NCBI GenBank assembly: GCA_050309705.1
Contig: JBNRMR010000091.1
Location: 1-46,966, forward strand
Origin: Christensenellales bacterium
GTDB taxonomy: Bacteria; Bacillota; Clostridia; Christensenellales; UBA1750
Length of the DNA: 46,966 nt
Direction of reading: 5' to 3'
Of this stretch, positions 37,977 through 46,966 are shown piece by piece (position 1 is the first letter of the stretch; each line of letters starts with the position of its first letter). The notes under the pieces were generated by a model that saw only the letters and a program-made list of their open reading frames with translations, was not told the DNA's origin and ran no database searches. The translations under genes and the position numbers were made by a program.

Positions 37977-39046
37977 ATTCCCCGCCCCCTGTGTTCCATC
38001 AGAAGATCCAGCAGGCAAAGGGCCACCACGGACTCCGTTACGGGCAGCGCCCTGGTTACAATGCAGGGGTCATGCCGCCCCCCCGATGCTATCTTCACCG
38101 GCTCAAGCGTCTTGCCATCCAGTGTGTCCTGAGGTATGGCTATGGTGGACGTGGGCTTTATGGCCGCCCGGACGATTATCGGCATCCCGTTTGTAATGCC
38201 CCCTTGAATGCCCCCGGCGTTGTTGGTCCGGGTTTGTATTTTGCCGTCATTCAGCACTATCGCGTCGTTGGACTGGCTGCCGCGAAGCCGGCTTAGCGGG
38301 AAGCCCCCGCCGAATTCAACGCCTTTGACCGCAGGAACTGAGAACAGCAGCCTTGCAATCTCGCTTTCAACTGAGCGGAAAAAGGGTTCGCCAAGCCCTG
38401 CCGGAGCGCCAAACGCGCAGATCTCCACCACGCCGCCCACGGAGTCGCCATCCTCTTTAGCAGCGATTATGGCCCTTTGCATTTTTTCGCCCGCGCAGTC
38501 ATCAACGACATTGAAGCTCTTCTGTGCTGCCTGCAAAAAGTCCTTGCGGCTTCCGCATTTGCCATCCTCAATCCCCGCAATCTCTTTTATGCGGCCGAAA
38601 ATCTCCACGCCTCTTCGGGCAAGAACCTGCCTTGCAATGGCCCCGGCGAACACCAGCGGCGCTGTGATTCTGCCGGAAAAATGTCCGCCTCCGCGCATGT
38701 CCGCGTGGCCGCTGTATTTTAGCAAAGCGGTCAGATCCGCATGGCCCGGGCGCAGCTTGCTGTCATAATCCCGGGAGCGGGCGTCTTTGTTGAATATTAC
38801 CGCGCCAATGGGCGAACCGGTGGCCTTTCCCATATGAACACCGCTCAAAATCTCCACGCTGTCGGCCTCCTTGCGCGAAGTGGTGATGGCGCTCTGGCCG
38901 GGCGCACGTCTTTTCATCTGCTCCTCCACCGCCAAAAGATCAATCTCCTCCCCAGCGGGAAGGCCATCGATCACCACGCCAATGCCCCTGCCGTGGGATT
39001 CGCCAAATATCGAGAGTCTGAGCATATTTCCCCATGTTCCTGCCAT
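37973..39046 (-). CDS. aroC: Chorismate synthase
   Basis: FGESHG, RPGHAD, GGGHFSGR, GGITNGMP, KPTSTI, GRHDPC. Confidence 0.96.
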   Translation of the reverse strand: MAGTWGNMLRLSIFGESHGRGIGVVIDGLPAGEEIDLLAVEEQMKRRAPGQSAITTSRKEADSVEILSGVHMGKATGSPIGAVIFNKDARSRDYDSKLRPGHADLTALLKYSGHADMRGGGHFSGRITAPLVFAGAIARQVLARRGVEIFGRIKEIAGIEDGKCGSRKDFLQAAQKSFNVVDDCAGEKMQRAIIAAKEDGDSVGGVVEICAFGAPAGLGEPFFRSVESEIARLLFSVPAVKGVEFGGGFPLSRLRGSQSNDAIVLNDGKIQTRTNNAGGIQGGITNGMPIIVRAAIKPTSTIAIPQDTLDGKTLEPVKIASGGRHDPCIVTRALPVTESVVALCLLDLLMEHRGRGI

Positions 39047-39047
39047 G

Positions 39048-40295
39048 CTACATATCCTCCTTTTCAAAATCAGCCCAGAAATTCGGATAGGATTTCTTCA
39101 CGCTTTGCCAACCGGTGAGGTTCACCTTTTCATTGCAGCGAAGGGATGCCAGGGCCACCGCCATGGCGATCCGGTGATCGTTGCAGGCATCGGCGCTGCC
39201 GCCCCTGATCATATCCTTGCCCCTGATGACAAGACCGTCCGGAAGCTCCTGTATATCTGCGCCCAGAGCGCCAAGCTGACGGGCAAGGGCGCTTAGACGG
39301 TCGCTTTCCTTAATGCGAAGCCTTGCCGCATCCACGATTTTGCTTTCGCCCCGGCAAAAACAGCAAAGAGCGGCAATGGGCGGCACCAGGTCGGGGATCT
39401 GCGCGGCGCTGACGGTCACAGCCTTCAGCTCCTGTGCGGAAACTGAAATGATACCGCCCTTGCGCGTGATTTTCGCCCCCATTTCCTCCAGCACCTTCAA
39501 AATCGCTCTGTCTCCCTGGAGGGAGTTTTCATCAAGGCCCGCGCATGAAACATCCCATCCCAAGGCCGCCGCTCCCAGAAAAAACGCTGCCTGAGAGTAA
39601 TCGCCCTCCACTTCGCAGCTATTTACGGGCGTATATCGCTGATTTCCCCTGATTGAGTATCCCCTTTCATTCTGCTGGACGAAAACACCGAATCGGGCCA
39701 TCATGTCTATTGTCATGTCAACATAGGCCCTGGATTCCAAGGGCGTGGTCAACAGTATTTCGCTGTCGCCCATGGCCATGGGTAAAGCCAGCAGCAGCCC
39801 CGAAACGAACTGGGAGCTGACATCGCCGGCGAGGGAATAGCCTCCGCTTCTAAGCCGCCCGGAAACGCTCACGCCGCCTTTCTCCCAGGTGAAGTTCACG
39901 CCGGATTTTTCAAAAATTTCAGCATATGCGTCAAGGGGTCTTTCCATCAACCGCCCACGCCCTGTGAAAGTGACGGCCTTACCCAGAGCGGCGGCTATGG
40001 GCAGAAGGAAGCGCAGAGTTGAGCCGGACTCGCCGCAGTCCACTGTTTGCTTCACTTCGCCGCCCTGATCAACAGCGGAAATGTCATCGCCCGCTCGCTG
40101 AAAACGGAAGCCCAGGGCCTCCATAGCGCCAATGGTGGCGTCGATATCCTGTGATTTCCCCGGGGATTTTATCAACGTCCGTCCATTTCCCGATGCCAGC
40201 GCCGCGCAAATGATGGCCCTGTGGCCCATGCTCTTTGATGGGGGAACCTGCACCACACCCTTCGGTCCACCATTTATAATCTTAACATCAAGCAT
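39048..40295 (-). CDS. aroA: EPSP synthase
   Basis: PPSKSMGHR, CGESGSTLRF, SSQFVSGLL, EGDYS, RIKESDR, DHRIAM, KSYP. Confidence 0.96.
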   Translation of the reverse strand: MLDVKIINGGPKGVVQVPPSKSMGHRAIICAALASGNGRTLIKSPGKSQDIDATIGAMEALGFRFQRAGDDISAVDQGGEVKQTVDCGESGSTLRFLLPIAAALGKAVTFTGRGRLMERPLDAYAEIFEKSGVNFTWEKGGVSVSGRLRSGGYSLAGDVSSQFVSGLLLALPMAMGDSEILLTTPLESRAYVDMTIDMMARFGVFVQQNERGYSIRGNQRYTPVNSCEVEGDYSQAAFFLGAAALGWDVSCAGLDENSLQGDRAILKVLEEMGAKITRKGGIISVSAQELKAVTVSAAQIPDLVPPIAALCCFCRGESKIVDAARLRIKESDRLSALARQLGALGADIQELPDGLVIRGKDMIRGGSADACNDHRIAMAVALASLRCNEKVNLTGWQSVKKSYPNFWADFEKEDM

Positions 40296-41355
40296 TTTTC
40301 CACATCCTTTCCATATGCGGTGAAAGCTCCTGCCGGGAAATTTTTTTAACCCCCGCCTCCCCTATGCTTTTAAGCAATATCAACCGCAGAGCGCCGTCTT
40401 CGTTCTTCTTATCATGCATCATCCCTTCGATCACGTCCTCAACTGAGTAAGGCGCTGTGACGGGCAGTCGGAAGGCCTCCAGCTTATTTACAATCTTCCT
40501 GGAAACCCCTGGCTCTGTGAAGCCCAGGGATTCGCCAACCTTTGCCGCCATGGCCATTCCAATGGCCACCCCCTCGCCATGAATGTATTCCCTGAAGTTC
40601 CCCAGGGCCTCGATTGCGTGGCCGAATGTGTGGCCGAAGTTCAACAGCATCCGAAGCCCCCTGTCCAGTTCGTCGGCTTCCACCACCCGGCGCTTGATGT
40701 CGCAGCACTCGCATATGATGCCCGCGATATCCTCAGCTGATTTTTCCGGGTTTTCAAGGCGGTCAAAAAGACTGCCGGAAAGAATTGCACCATATTTTAT
40801 GATCTCCGCCCAACCGCCTCCCCACTCCCTTTTGGGCAAAGTTTCAAGCATGCCGGTGTCAATCAGCACCCTTGCCGGCTGGTGGAATGCCCCCACCAGA
40901 TTCTTGCCCTCGGGGATATTTATGGCCGTCTTGCCGCCGACGCTGGAGTCCACCTGGGCAAGTAGCGTGGTGGGAATTTGCACATACGAAACGCCCCGCA
41001 TGTAGGTGGCAGCCGCGAAGCCGCATATGTCGCCCACGACGCCTCCCCCGAAGGCGATCAGCAGATCATTCCTGGCAAACTGCGCCCTTGCCAGCGCGCC
41101 GTGTATCGCCTGTAGATTATCAAAGGACTTGGCCTCCTCTCCGGGCTTCAAGGGGATAATCTGCCGGGGAAGGCCTGCTTTTTCAAGAAGCTGCTCCATC
41201 CTCTCTCCGTGAAGGCGCCAAACATTCTCGTCCGTCACAACAGCCAGCCTGCCGCAGGGGAAGTCCTCCGCCGCGGCTATGACTTCATTCAGCGCACCCC
41301 TGCCGATCAATATATCATAGCTGTTTTCGCCCAATCCAACCTTCAGCGTCTTCAT
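40288..41355 (-). CDS. aroB: 3-dehydroquinate synthase
   Basis: GGGVVGD, YMRG, PTTLLAQVDSSVGGKTA, KNLVGAF, LNFGHTFGHAIE, HGE. Confidence 0.97.
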   Translation of the reverse strand: MKTLKVGLGENSYDILIGRGALNEVIAAAEDFPCGRLAVVTDENVWRLHGERMEQLLEKAGLPRQIIPLKPGEEAKSFDNLQAIHGALARAQFARNDLLIAFGGGVVGDICGFAAATYMRGVSYVQIPTTLLAQVDSSVGGKTAINIPEGKNLVGAFHQPARVLIDTGMLETLPKREWGGGWAEIIKYGAILSGSLFDRLENPEKSAEDIAGIICECCDIKRRVVEADELDRGLRMLLNFGHTFGHAIEALGNFREYIHGEGVAIGMAMAAKVGESLGFTEPGVSRKIVNKLEAFRLPVTAPYSVEDVIEGMMHDKKNEDGALRLILLKSIGEAGVKKISRQELSPHMERMWKNA

Positions 41356-41395
41356 TGCAGCACCTCATCATCAGTAAAATTCCACTCGTCTTTAT

Positions 41396-41437
41396 AAAAG
41401 AAAAAGCGAGAGGATTCAGATTCATGAACCCTCTCGC
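41396..41437 (-). terminator. Attenuator terminator hairpin upstream of aroB
   Basis: Minus strand GCGAGAGGGUUCA-ugaauc-UGAAUCCUCUCGC followed by a U-rich tail, about 40 nt before the aroB start. Confidence 0.9.
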
Positions 41438-41466
41438 CACTAGTTTTAAGGCTGGTTTGATATTAT

Positions 41467-41586
41467 TCAAACATTCGCAAGTCCATGACAGGCTCTATTA
41501 TTTTTGCAGTAAAAATAGCCGAAACCAAAATAGTTCCTGCTAAAGCTAAAATAATAGGACTTGCTAATGGACATTGCAGCGTACAT
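41467..41586 (-). CDS. Tyr/Phe-rich leader peptide of the aro operon (39 aa)
   Basis: RBS GAAGGGG, then MYAAMSISKSYYFSFSRNYFGFGYFYCKNNRACHGLANV*. It has 6 Tyr and 5 Phe, 10 of them within codons 11-26, and sits directly upstream of a terminator. Confidence 0.85.
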   Translation of the reverse strand: MYAAMSISKSYYFSFSRNYFGFGYFYCKNNRACHGLANV

Positions 41587-41647
41587 TTGAAACCCCTTCG
41601 CCGCTTTTTGCATCCGTTTATGTCGGCGGCCATCATAATTGATTACT

Positions 41648-41675
41648 AGTATAACCCAATGCGGGAAAAAATCAA
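41648..41675 (-). promoter_or_regulatory. sigmaA-type promoter of the leader/aro operon
   Basis: TTGATT-16 bp-TATACT, with an A-rich tract upstream. Confidence 0.6.
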
Positions 41676-41705
41676 GCCTTTTCTTTATTTCTTTTTTCTT
41701 GTTAA

Positions 41706-42554
41706 CTAGCGCTTTGCCTTCTCTGCTTCGTTAAGCTGTTCTTTAATTATGCGGCCCTGCCTGAGCATTTCGCAAAGGGCCGTTTCATCTCTTTCGTCGA
41801 TGGCCTCTTTAAACTCTGTAAGCTTTGATATGAGCTGAGAAAGCTGCAATGAAAGAAAGTCCGTGTTGCAGAGGAAAAGTTCCGTCCACATCTTCTCGTG
41901 GAGCTTGGCCACCCGCGTCATGTCCCTGAAGCTGCCGGCGCTAAAGCCTCCGTGGCGCAGGGATGCCGGGTTTTGCACATAGGCGCTTGAAACGATATGG
42001 GCCATCTGCGACGTAAGGGCGATCATCTCATCATGCTTTTCCGGAGTGGCATATGTTATGCTGCCAAAGCCCAGCCGCAGGAAGAAAAGCTCAGCCAGAA
42101 GGCAATGGCTCTTTGATATATGTTCCGACGGCGTGAGTATCATGCTTGCGCCTTCAAACAGATTTTCGTCCGATGCGTCAAAGCCGAAGAACTCCCGGCC
42201 CGCCATGGGATGCCCACCGATATAGACTGCGTCCTTGCCGGAAAGCAGCGCCTCAATCTCGCTGCAGACTCTGCGCTTCACACCGCATATATCCACCAGC
42301 ATGCAGCCCGCAGGGATATCGCCTGCATTTTGCCGCACGAACTCCACCGCCGCCTTGGGATACAGCGCAATCAATATCATGTCCACGTTCTGGGGGATTT
42401 TTCGCACGCCCTCGTCGATGGCGCCGCAGCCCAGCGCCTTTTTCATCACTTCGTCGGACATGTCCCAGCCGGCCACGGTGTCGCCCGTTTTCGCCTTTAT
42501 TGCCTTGGCGAATGAGCCACCCATTAGCCCCAGCCCCACGATCAATACCTTCAT
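41706..42554 (-). CDS. tyrA: Prephenate dehydrogenase
   Basis: GLGLMGGS, DICGVK, GGHPMAGRE, HDEMIALTSQMAH, GSFRDMTRVA. Confidence 0.93.
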   Translation of the reverse strand: MKVLIVGLGLMGGSFAKAIKAKTGDTVAGWDMSDEVMKKALGCGAIDEGVRKIPQNVDMILIALYPKAAVEFVRQNAGDIPAGCMLVDICGVKRRVCSEIEALLSGKDAVYIGGHPMAGREFFGFDASDENLFEGASMILTPSEHISKSHCLLAELFFLRLGFGSITYATPEKHDEMIALTSQMAHIVSSAYVQNPASLRHGGFSAGSFRDMTRVAKLHEKMWTELFLCNTDFLSLQLSQLISKLTEFKEAIDERDETALCEMLRQGRIIKEQLNEAEKAKR

Positions 42555-42647
42555 TTAAACCTCCGGAAAAATCGAAGCAAGCAAGAGCCTGCTCAATTTC
42601 TGAATAAAATATTGCGTAACTTATGTGGTACGCCAGCGCTTTTGGGG

Positions 42648-42986
42648 CTACATGCTAACTATCCGATATCCCTTTTCGATATACGCCTTCATTCCCGCGT
42701 GGCCGGACATATCATCCAGCATGGCAAGGCCCAGAGCGGCGTTTTGCTCGTATACGCCCATAACCTTGGAGCAGGCCAGGCAAGCCCCTGCGATAATTCC
42801 CGCTTCCTTCGCCTTCTTATAAAGCGGGTTTCCCTCGGCCGCAAAAACTGGCGGCAGCTTCACCGATGCTCCCTCGAATATAATCCTCACTTCATTGCCG
42901 CCCGCAGCTAGATCCAGCGCGTTAAGCAAAACATGCTGAAAGCACATTTTCTCTCCCGTCATGCCGTAAAACAAAACTTTTTCCAT
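42648..42986 (-). CDS. DsrE-like small protein
   Basis: HVLLNALDL, IIFEGASVK, ACLACS, MSGHAG; AGGAG RBS. Confidence 0.7.
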   Translation of the reverse strand: MEKVLFYGMTGEKMCFQHVLLNALDLAAGGNEVRIIFEGASVKLPPVFAAEGNPLYKKAKEAGIIAGACLACSKVMGVYEQNAALGLAMLDDMSGHAGMKAYIEKGYRIVSM

Positions 42987-43091
42987 GCTCCTGCTCCTTC
43001 CGCTTAAGTTTTCATCCATTTGCAGTATTATAGCATGACATCGCTCAACCGACAACCGTTGCTCTTGCCGATTCAAAAGCAAATAGTAGTT

Positions 43092-43904
43092 TTAGAAGCT
43101 TGTGGGAGACTTGCCGTGCCTTTCCTTAAACACCTTTAAGAAGTTGGACATTGAGTTGAACCCGCTTGCAAAGCAAATCTCCGTGACGGAAAGCCCGCTT
43201 GACCGCAAAAGCTTTTTTGCATAGTTAAGCTTCAGCGTCGTCAAGTAGCTGATATATGTTTGACCAGTCGCCTTTCGGAACATCTCGCTGAAATAATTGG
43301 GGTTTAAGTTTATCTCCCTTGCAGTTTCCGTCAATGTTGGGCTGTCTTTAAAGTTCAAATGCATATATAAAATTGCTTTTTGAACAGGTGTTTTAAGAGG
43401 CTCTTCTTTTTGGGGGTGAGGAATATCCATTCTTCTTAACATCCATATGAAAAGGCATTCCAGCAAATTGTGCATGTATTGCTTTTTATAAGCGTTGCCG
43501 CTGCCAAACTCATTGTACATCAGTTTTGCTATGGCAGTTACTTCTTCAAATTGCATTTGGTCAACATTAACGAACATGTTATTGTCTTCATTCAAAATGA
43601 CTTGAAGAAGCTCATCGGACAAAAGGCCCGCGCTGAACACCACATTATATAATTCCATCTTGCTGTCCACCCTAATTTCGTGAAAATCAGTAGGCCTTAA
43701 CAAGTATGCGCTCCCTCTTAGCATGGGATATTCTTTTCCATTCAAAACCTGTCTGCCGCTTCCGCTTAAAATTATTTCTATTTCGAAATATTCATGCCAG
43801 TGGTTTTTGAAGTCTTTGCTCAGTTCCCTTCTCGACACGGATATCTGCCAATTCTTGTCAACCCATTCTTGAGCTAAAAGATGCGGCCCTTCAATGTGAC
43901 CCAT
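43092..43904 (-). CDS. AraC family regulator (cupin + HTH)
   Basis: HWHEYFEIE; C-terminal LNPNYFS and SVTEICFASGFNSMSNFLKVFK...SP. Confidence 0.92.
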   Translation of the reverse strand: MGHIEGPHLLAQEWVDKNWQISVSRRELSKDFKNHWHEYFEIEIILSGSGRQVLNGKEYPMLRGSAYLLRPTDFHEIRVDSKMELYNVVFSAGLLSDELLQVILNEDNNMFVNVDQMQFEEVTAIAKLMYNEFGSGNAYKKQYMHNLLECLFIWMLRRMDIPHPQKEEPLKTPVQKAILYMHLNFKDSPTLTETAREINLNPNYFSEMFRKATGQTYISYLTTLKLNYAKKLLRSSGLSVTEICFASGFNSMSNFLKVFKERHGKSPTSF

Positions 43905-44105
43905 GAAAAACACCTCAGCAATATTATATTGCATTTTTTCGTTATTTCAACCACAAATCTGAAATTAAGATATAATATGCTTAGTTTTTGGGAAGCAACT
44001 TTGCCTGGTTTTTGATAAAATGTGCTTTGTAGGATTCAGCTATATCACCTGCCTGCATTCAGCCGTCTGCGCGCAAAATTATGAAAAGAAAATGGAGGTT
44101 CAGTC

Positions 44106-46370
44106 ATGCAAAAGCACTCTTTAAACGGAAAATGGAAGCTTTATTTTTTCAGGGAACAGACAAAAAACATCGCAAGCCCAATTAAGCTGTACGATCAGGA
44201 CATTCCGGTAATTGAGGCGTCCGTTCCGGGGAATGTGGAGCTGGATCTATCAAGAGCAGGGTACCTCCCCTCTGATTTGTACAAGGGCGAGAACATTCTT
44301 GAGGTGCAAAAATATGAGGAATATGAATGGTGGTATGAAACTAAGTTTTCATCCCCCGAGAAATGTGGAGATAAAAAGATTTTGCTGCACTTTGAAGGTG
44401 TGGACTGCCTTGCTGAATATTGGCTGAACAACGAGAAGCTGGGCGAGTCAAAAAACATGTTTATTCCCGTGGAGTTTGACATAAGCAAAAGGCTAAAAAT
44501 AGATGGTGAAAATGTTCTGACCGTTCGCATTCGCTCCGCAGTGCTTGAAGCTTACCGGAATGAAACCCCCATGCACTCTCTTGCAAGCGGCTGGGACATG
44601 AACTTTGATTCGGTCAATTTCCGAAAGGCGCCTCACAGCTATGGCTGGGATATTATGCCGCGCGCTGTGACATCGGGCATTTGGCGCGATGTTTATCTGT
44701 CCGTAATGGATGATTATGAAGTTGCGCAGCTCTTTTACTATTGCACAAACGTAAGCTGCGGAAATGCCGATATTCGCTTTTGCTATGATTTAGATATGCT
44801 GCCAAGTGATAACATGCATTTGGAAATACAGGGCCGTTGCAAAGAGTCGTCATTTTCAGCAAAAGAACCCATGCGATTTAAAGCTGGCTATGTAAATGTA
44901 AAAATCGACAATCCCAAGCTTTGGTGGCCCTATGGCTACGGAGAGGCCAACCTGTATGAGACAGTCGTTAAGTTTTTCAAAGACGGCAAGTTGGTCGCAC
45001 AAAAGAGCATTAATGTTGGGATTAGAGCTGTGAAGCTTGTGCGCACAGACACTACCGACGGAAAAAACGGGAGTTTTTGTTTCCATATCAACGGCGTTCC
45101 TATTATGAGCAAGGGCTCTAACTGGGTTCCCATGGATGTATTCCACAGCCGAGACGCCGAGCGATACGAGAAGGCGCTGGAGCTAGTTAAGGATATTGGT
45201 TGCAACATTCTCCGCTGCTGGGGCGGCAACGTTTATGAGGACGCCGAGTTCTTTGACTTTTGCGACAAAAACGGCATTATGGTTTGGCAGGACTTTGCTA
45301 TGGCGTGCCACGCATACCCGCAAACGGAAGAATTTTTGCAGGCGATTCGCGAGGAAGCAACGGTCATAGTGAAGAAATACCGCAATCATCCGTCGATTGT
45401 TTTGTGGTCCGGCGACAATGAATGCGACGAGATGATTTTTCAATCGGGGGCAGACCCAAATAACAACAGGGTAACGAGGGAAGTATTGCCGCAGGTGATT
45501 AATTCAAATGATGTTGGGCGTCCTTACTTGGCTAGCTCGCCCTACATCGCGCCTGAAATATATGAGCAAAACCGCTTTGACATTATCCCCGAGGACCATC
45601 TGTGGGGACCCAGAGATTATTTTAAAAGCACATATTACACGATGTCAAAGGCGCATTTCATAAGTGAAATTGGCTATCATGGCTGCCCTTCACGAAAATC
45701 TTTGGAGAAATTTATTGACAAGGAGTTTTTGTGGCCTATAACGAATAATAAACAGTGGACTCTGCATTCGAGCGACCACAGAAACAGAGACCACCGCGTG
45801 CGCCTTATGGCAAAACAGATTAAGCAGCTATTTGGCAGCGTTCCCGAAAGCTTGGATGATTTCACATTCGCGTCTCAGGTTTCACAGGCGGAGGCGAAAA
45901 AGTTTTTTATCGAAAGCATAAGGGTGAACAGGCCGCGGAAAAGCGGTATTATATGGTGGAATTTGCTCGATGGCTGGCCGCAGATGTCCGACGCAGTTGT
46001 GGACTACTACTATGAAAAGAAGATTGCCTATGACTTTATCAAGCGTTCACAGCAGCCTTTTGCCATTGTGAGCAGTGAAATTGAAAGCTGGAAAGTTAAC
46101 ATCATTGCGTCAAATGACACGCTTAAAAAAATGTGCGGAACATATTCGGTAAAAAACATTGATACCGGTGAAATTCTGCTAAGCGGGGATTTCTGCGCCG
46201 AGGAAAACAGCAACACGCTTCTTGGGCGGATTCCCATCATGTATTCAGACAAGGGAATGCTGTTGATGGAATGGAATATTGGCGGCGAGCGCCACTTTAA
46301 TCACTACTTATACGGCGCCCCTGCATTCGATTTGGCGCAGTACAAATATTGGTACGGCCAAGTTAAGTAA
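44106..46370 (+). CDS. Glycoside hydrolase family 2, beta-mannosidase-like
   Basis: FEGVD, RKAPHSYGWD, LWWPYGYGEANLY, KGSNWVP, RCWGGNVYE, WSGDNE (acid/base) and SEIG (nucleophile region). Confidence 0.9.
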   Translation: MQKHSLNGKWKLYFFREQTKNIASPIKLYDQDIPVIEASVPGNVELDLSRAGYLPSDLYKGENILEVQKYEEYEWWYETKFSSPEKCGDKKILLHFEGVDCLAEYWLNNEKLGESKNMFIPVEFDISKRLKIDGENVLTVRIRSAVLEAYRNETPMHSLASGWDMNFDSVNFRKAPHSYGWDIMPRAVTSGIWRDVYLSVMDDYEVAQLFYYCTNVSCGNADIRFCYDLDMLPSDNMHLEIQGRCKESSFSAKEPMRFKAGYVNVKIDNPKLWWPYGYGEANLYETVVKFFKDGKLVAQKSINVGIRAVKLVRTDTTDGKNGSFCFHINGVPIMSKGSNWVPMDVFHSRDAERYEKALELVKDIGCNILRCWGGNVYEDAEFFDFCDKNGIMVWQDFAMACHAYPQTEEFLQAIREEATVIVKKYRNHPSIVLWSGDNECDEMIFQSGADPNNNRVTREVLPQVINSNDVGRPYLASSPYIAPEIYEQNRFDIIPEDHLWGPRDYFKSTYYTMSKAHFISEIGYHGCPSRKSLEKFIDKEFLWPITNNKQWTLHSSDHRNRDHRVRLMAKQIKQLFGSVPESLDDFTFASQVSQAEAKKFFIESIRVNRPRKSGIIWWNLLDGWPQMSDAVVDYYYEKKIAYDFIKRSQQPFAIVSSEIESWKVNIIASNDTLKKMCGTYSVKNIDTGEILLSGDFCAEENSNTLLGRIPIMYSDKGMLLMEWNIGGERHFNHYLYGAPAFDLAQYKYWYGQVK

Positions 46371-46488
46371 AGCCAAAGATACTCCATATTCCCGCGTTTA
46401 CTTTTTGTTATAATATACCCTATGGAATATTGACGGCTTGTTTGTGTGTTATGAACTATAACAAAATAAAGAGCATATGGAGAAAAAC

Positions 46489-46966
46489 ATGAAAGCATTA
46501 GTTTTTGGCGAAGCATTGTGGGATGTGTTCCCTGACGGCAAGAAGCTTGGCGGCGCACCTGTGAACTTTGCAGCGCATCTATCGCAGCTTGGTTCGCGTT
46601 CTTCCATTCTAACGGCTGTCGGGGATGATTCCCTTGGGCGTGAGCTTGTGCAAGAAGTTCTTGAATTAGGAATTGATACCGAATTTGTTTCTGTTTTGAG
46701 CGACAAACAGACAGGCGTCTGCAATGTGGTTTTGGACGGCGGCGAGCCTACCTACGAACTGATCGCCGGCGTTGCCTACGATTATATATCAGCGACAAAG
46801 GCTGTTTGTGAGAAAAGCTTTGACGCCTTATATTTTGGAACCCTTGCGCAGCGGTCTGATGTTTCGGCAAATACATTGCACGATCTGCTGAAAAACTGTC
46901 ATTTCAGGGAAGTTTTTTGTGATCTTAATCTTCGTCAAGAGTTTTATTCAAAGTCGACAATTCAAT
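46489..46966 (+). CDS. PfkB family carbohydrate kinase (fructokinase-like), runs off the window end
   Basis: MKALVFGEALWDVFPDGKKLGGAPVNFA...AVGDDSLG...YFGTLAQR...FCDLNLR; GGAG RBS. Not in the ORF track because the stop codon lies outside the window. Confidence 0.9.
   Translation, partial: MKALVFGEALWDVFPDGKKLGGAPVNFAAHLSQLGSRSSILTAVGDDSLGRELVQEVLELGIDTEFVSVLSDKQTGVCNVVLDGGEPTYELIAGVAYDYISATKAVCEKSFDALYFGTLAQRSDVSANTLHDLLKNCHFREVFCDLNLRQEFYSKSTIQ

Noticed and set aside
41360-41700. T-box upstream of aroB
   Set aside because: No GGUGGNACC-type T-box or stem-I motifs are present; the leader-peptide model fits better.

Overview
Chromosomal window from a spore-forming Clostridia-type Firmicute (inferred from yqfC/yqfD, dacF, a T-box and Firmicute-style RBSs). 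Core genes: aminotransferase, uxaC, secA, a cobalamin ABC importer with its riboswitch, the yqfC-yqfD-phoH-pgpH-ybeY-era cluster, purC, dacF, and a shikimate/Phe/Tyr cluster (tyrA, then aroB-aroA-aroC-aroK/aroE-aroF-pheA-aroD). There are two accessory blocks: a decaying ~10.3 kb region between convergent tRNA-fMet and tRNA-Ser genes, and an AT-richer AraC/GH2/PfkB sugar locus at the right end. The main find, absent from the ORF track, is a 39-codon Tyr/Phe-rich leader peptide upstream of aroB with mutually exclusive 1:2, 2:3 and 3:4 pairings. This is a candidate ribosome-mediated attenuator sensing both Phe and Tyr, in a lineage where T-boxes usually do this job; a Tyr T-box in the same window controls the aminotransferase. 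Other finds: a structured 122-bp repeat family with a diverged solo copy, a catalytically degenerate AroQ-like protein, a lipoprotein trigger-factor paralog, and a lesioned membrane-LuxR/protease/lipoprotein module. All calls are from reading the sequence by eye; no database searches or folding programs were run.
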